This document shows, piece by piece, positions 62,755 to 64,000 of a stretch of DNA of 64,000 nt; position 1 is the stretch's first letter, and each line of letters starts with the position of its first letter. The position numbers were made by a program, and so were the translations under genes. The DNA comes from Squalus acanthias. Its lineage: Eukaryota. The notes beneath the pieces are model-generated. The model worked only from the letters and a program-made list of their open reading frames with translations. It ran no database searches and was not told the origin of the DNA. The stretch is taken from positions 183,644,001 to 183,708,000 of the forward strand of contig CM059426.1 of the NCBI GenBank assembly GCA_030390025.1, read 5' to 3'.

Positions 62755-63430
62755 TACAGCATCTTTAATGTACAAAGACATCTCAAGTGCTTCACAAATA
62801 GGCATAACAAAACCAGATATCTAGCCAGGAACATAGAGATTTGGAGGGGTAACTGAAGACTAGGTCAAAGAAATGGGCTTTGAGGGTGGAGAGAGATGCA
62901 GAGACAGAGAGATTTAGGGAGGAAGTTCCAAAGACTAGAACCAAGGTGGCTGAAGGATCTGTCACTAAAGGTAGGTTGAAGGGAAAAGGCCAAAGTCAGA
63001 TGTACAGAATGTTCAAGAGGGGATACAGACCTGAACAAGATTGCAGAGAAAGAGTGAAGAAAGGCCATGGAGAGATTTATAGACAAGGACAATGATCTTG
63101 AATTCAATGTGTTAGGGGGCAGGAAGCCAGTGTAGGTCAGCGAGAATGGGAGCAATGGGCAATTGCGACTTAGTGTGAGACAGGATATGTGTGGCTAAGT
63201 GCTCTGGACAAGTTGGAGTTTTGGAGGGTGGAGAATGAAAGGATAGCAAGGATAGCATTGAAGTCACTGAGTTTGGAGGTGACAAGACATAGATAAGTGT
63301 TTCAGCAGTAGGGGTAAGCAGACAAGGTTGCAGAGATGTAATTAAATGTCTTGGCAGTGGATGGCATCTGGAGTTGTACTTGACAATTCAAGGTGCTGAT
63401 GTTTTGAGAAGTGTGGCAGTCCAATGAACA
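62755..63430 (-). mobile_element. Decayed L2-like LINE 3' part
   Basis: Minus strand reads ..DRSFSHLGSSLWNFLPKSL..; similar to the L2-like fragment at 6260-6720. Confidence 0.6.
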
Positions 63431-64000
63431 GGAAATCGAGAGGAAAAAAAGCTGGAAACCGAATGTGCCTAAAAAAGACAGCAGGTCCACCAGCATCTGA
63501 ACAGAGAAAAATAAAGAAGAGGTTAATGTGTCAGGTATAGACCCTCAGTCAGAACTTGTGGATGTTTTAACTGGGGTTAGCACATACTCAAATGCATGAG
63601 GATTAAGTTGGCCCCAAGTAGTGAGAGAGCATTTTAACTACAAAAATAAAGTTAACAACCTTATTTGCGGAAAGGAGCCACACGCAAATGCCAGAAAATC
63701 ATTAGGGACTTGCTTTCAATTCTAATCAAATACATTTAAATTGCTCACGTCATGCATAACTACCCGCAAATTAATGTGCTGCATCATACCACAGTAAATC
63801 CACTGGTGCATACAAGGGAAGGAAGATTCAAATTCCAATTCGCTGCTTAAAGATGCAATTATTTTGCTAGAAATATGTAGCAGCAAAAGTTGACCATATT
63901 CTTCTCAGCAGTAAATGGCTCCTCTGATTTGAACAGGAATCTTTTATTGTTTTGTGCAGTCCTGACAGATGGAAAAGTCATTGCTTAAAGTGACTCTGGA

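Noticed and set aside
48132-64000. GAB1 exon 1 or main promoter
   Set aside because: No MSGGEVVC-like coding sequence or CpG-island promoter seen; it presumably lies beyond the window.

Overview
Eukaryotic (vertebrate) genomic DNA, most likely from a cartilaginous fish (inferred from DeuSINE/SacSINE1-like SINEs, abundant CR1 LINEs and Penelope tails). The window lies inside one minus-strand gene, GAB1 (GRB2-associated binder 1). Four constitutive coding exons join in frame with canonical splice sites: 47837-48131 (PH domain), 19354-19576, 4362-4966 and 1621-1703. Exon 1 lies beyond 64000 and the later exons lie before position 1. I also found an in-frame 87-nt cassette exon (13687-13773) that the ORF track shows only in the wrong frame; it resembles the striated-muscle insertion of mammalian Gab1. 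The introns hold many decayed mobile elements: CR1, L2, RTE, a Gmr1-type Gypsy LTR element with integrase before RT, Harbinger and hAT elements, SINEs and Penelope-like elements (PLEs). The most notable non-coding signal is three intact minimal hammerhead ribozyme folds from two PLE families, all on the GAB1 sense strand. Two of them sit in ~90-bp-arm palindromes, one of which is perfect. Exon, TIR, TSD and ribozyme coordinates were counted by hand; other repeat boundaries are approximate. No database search was run, so family names come from recalled motifs.
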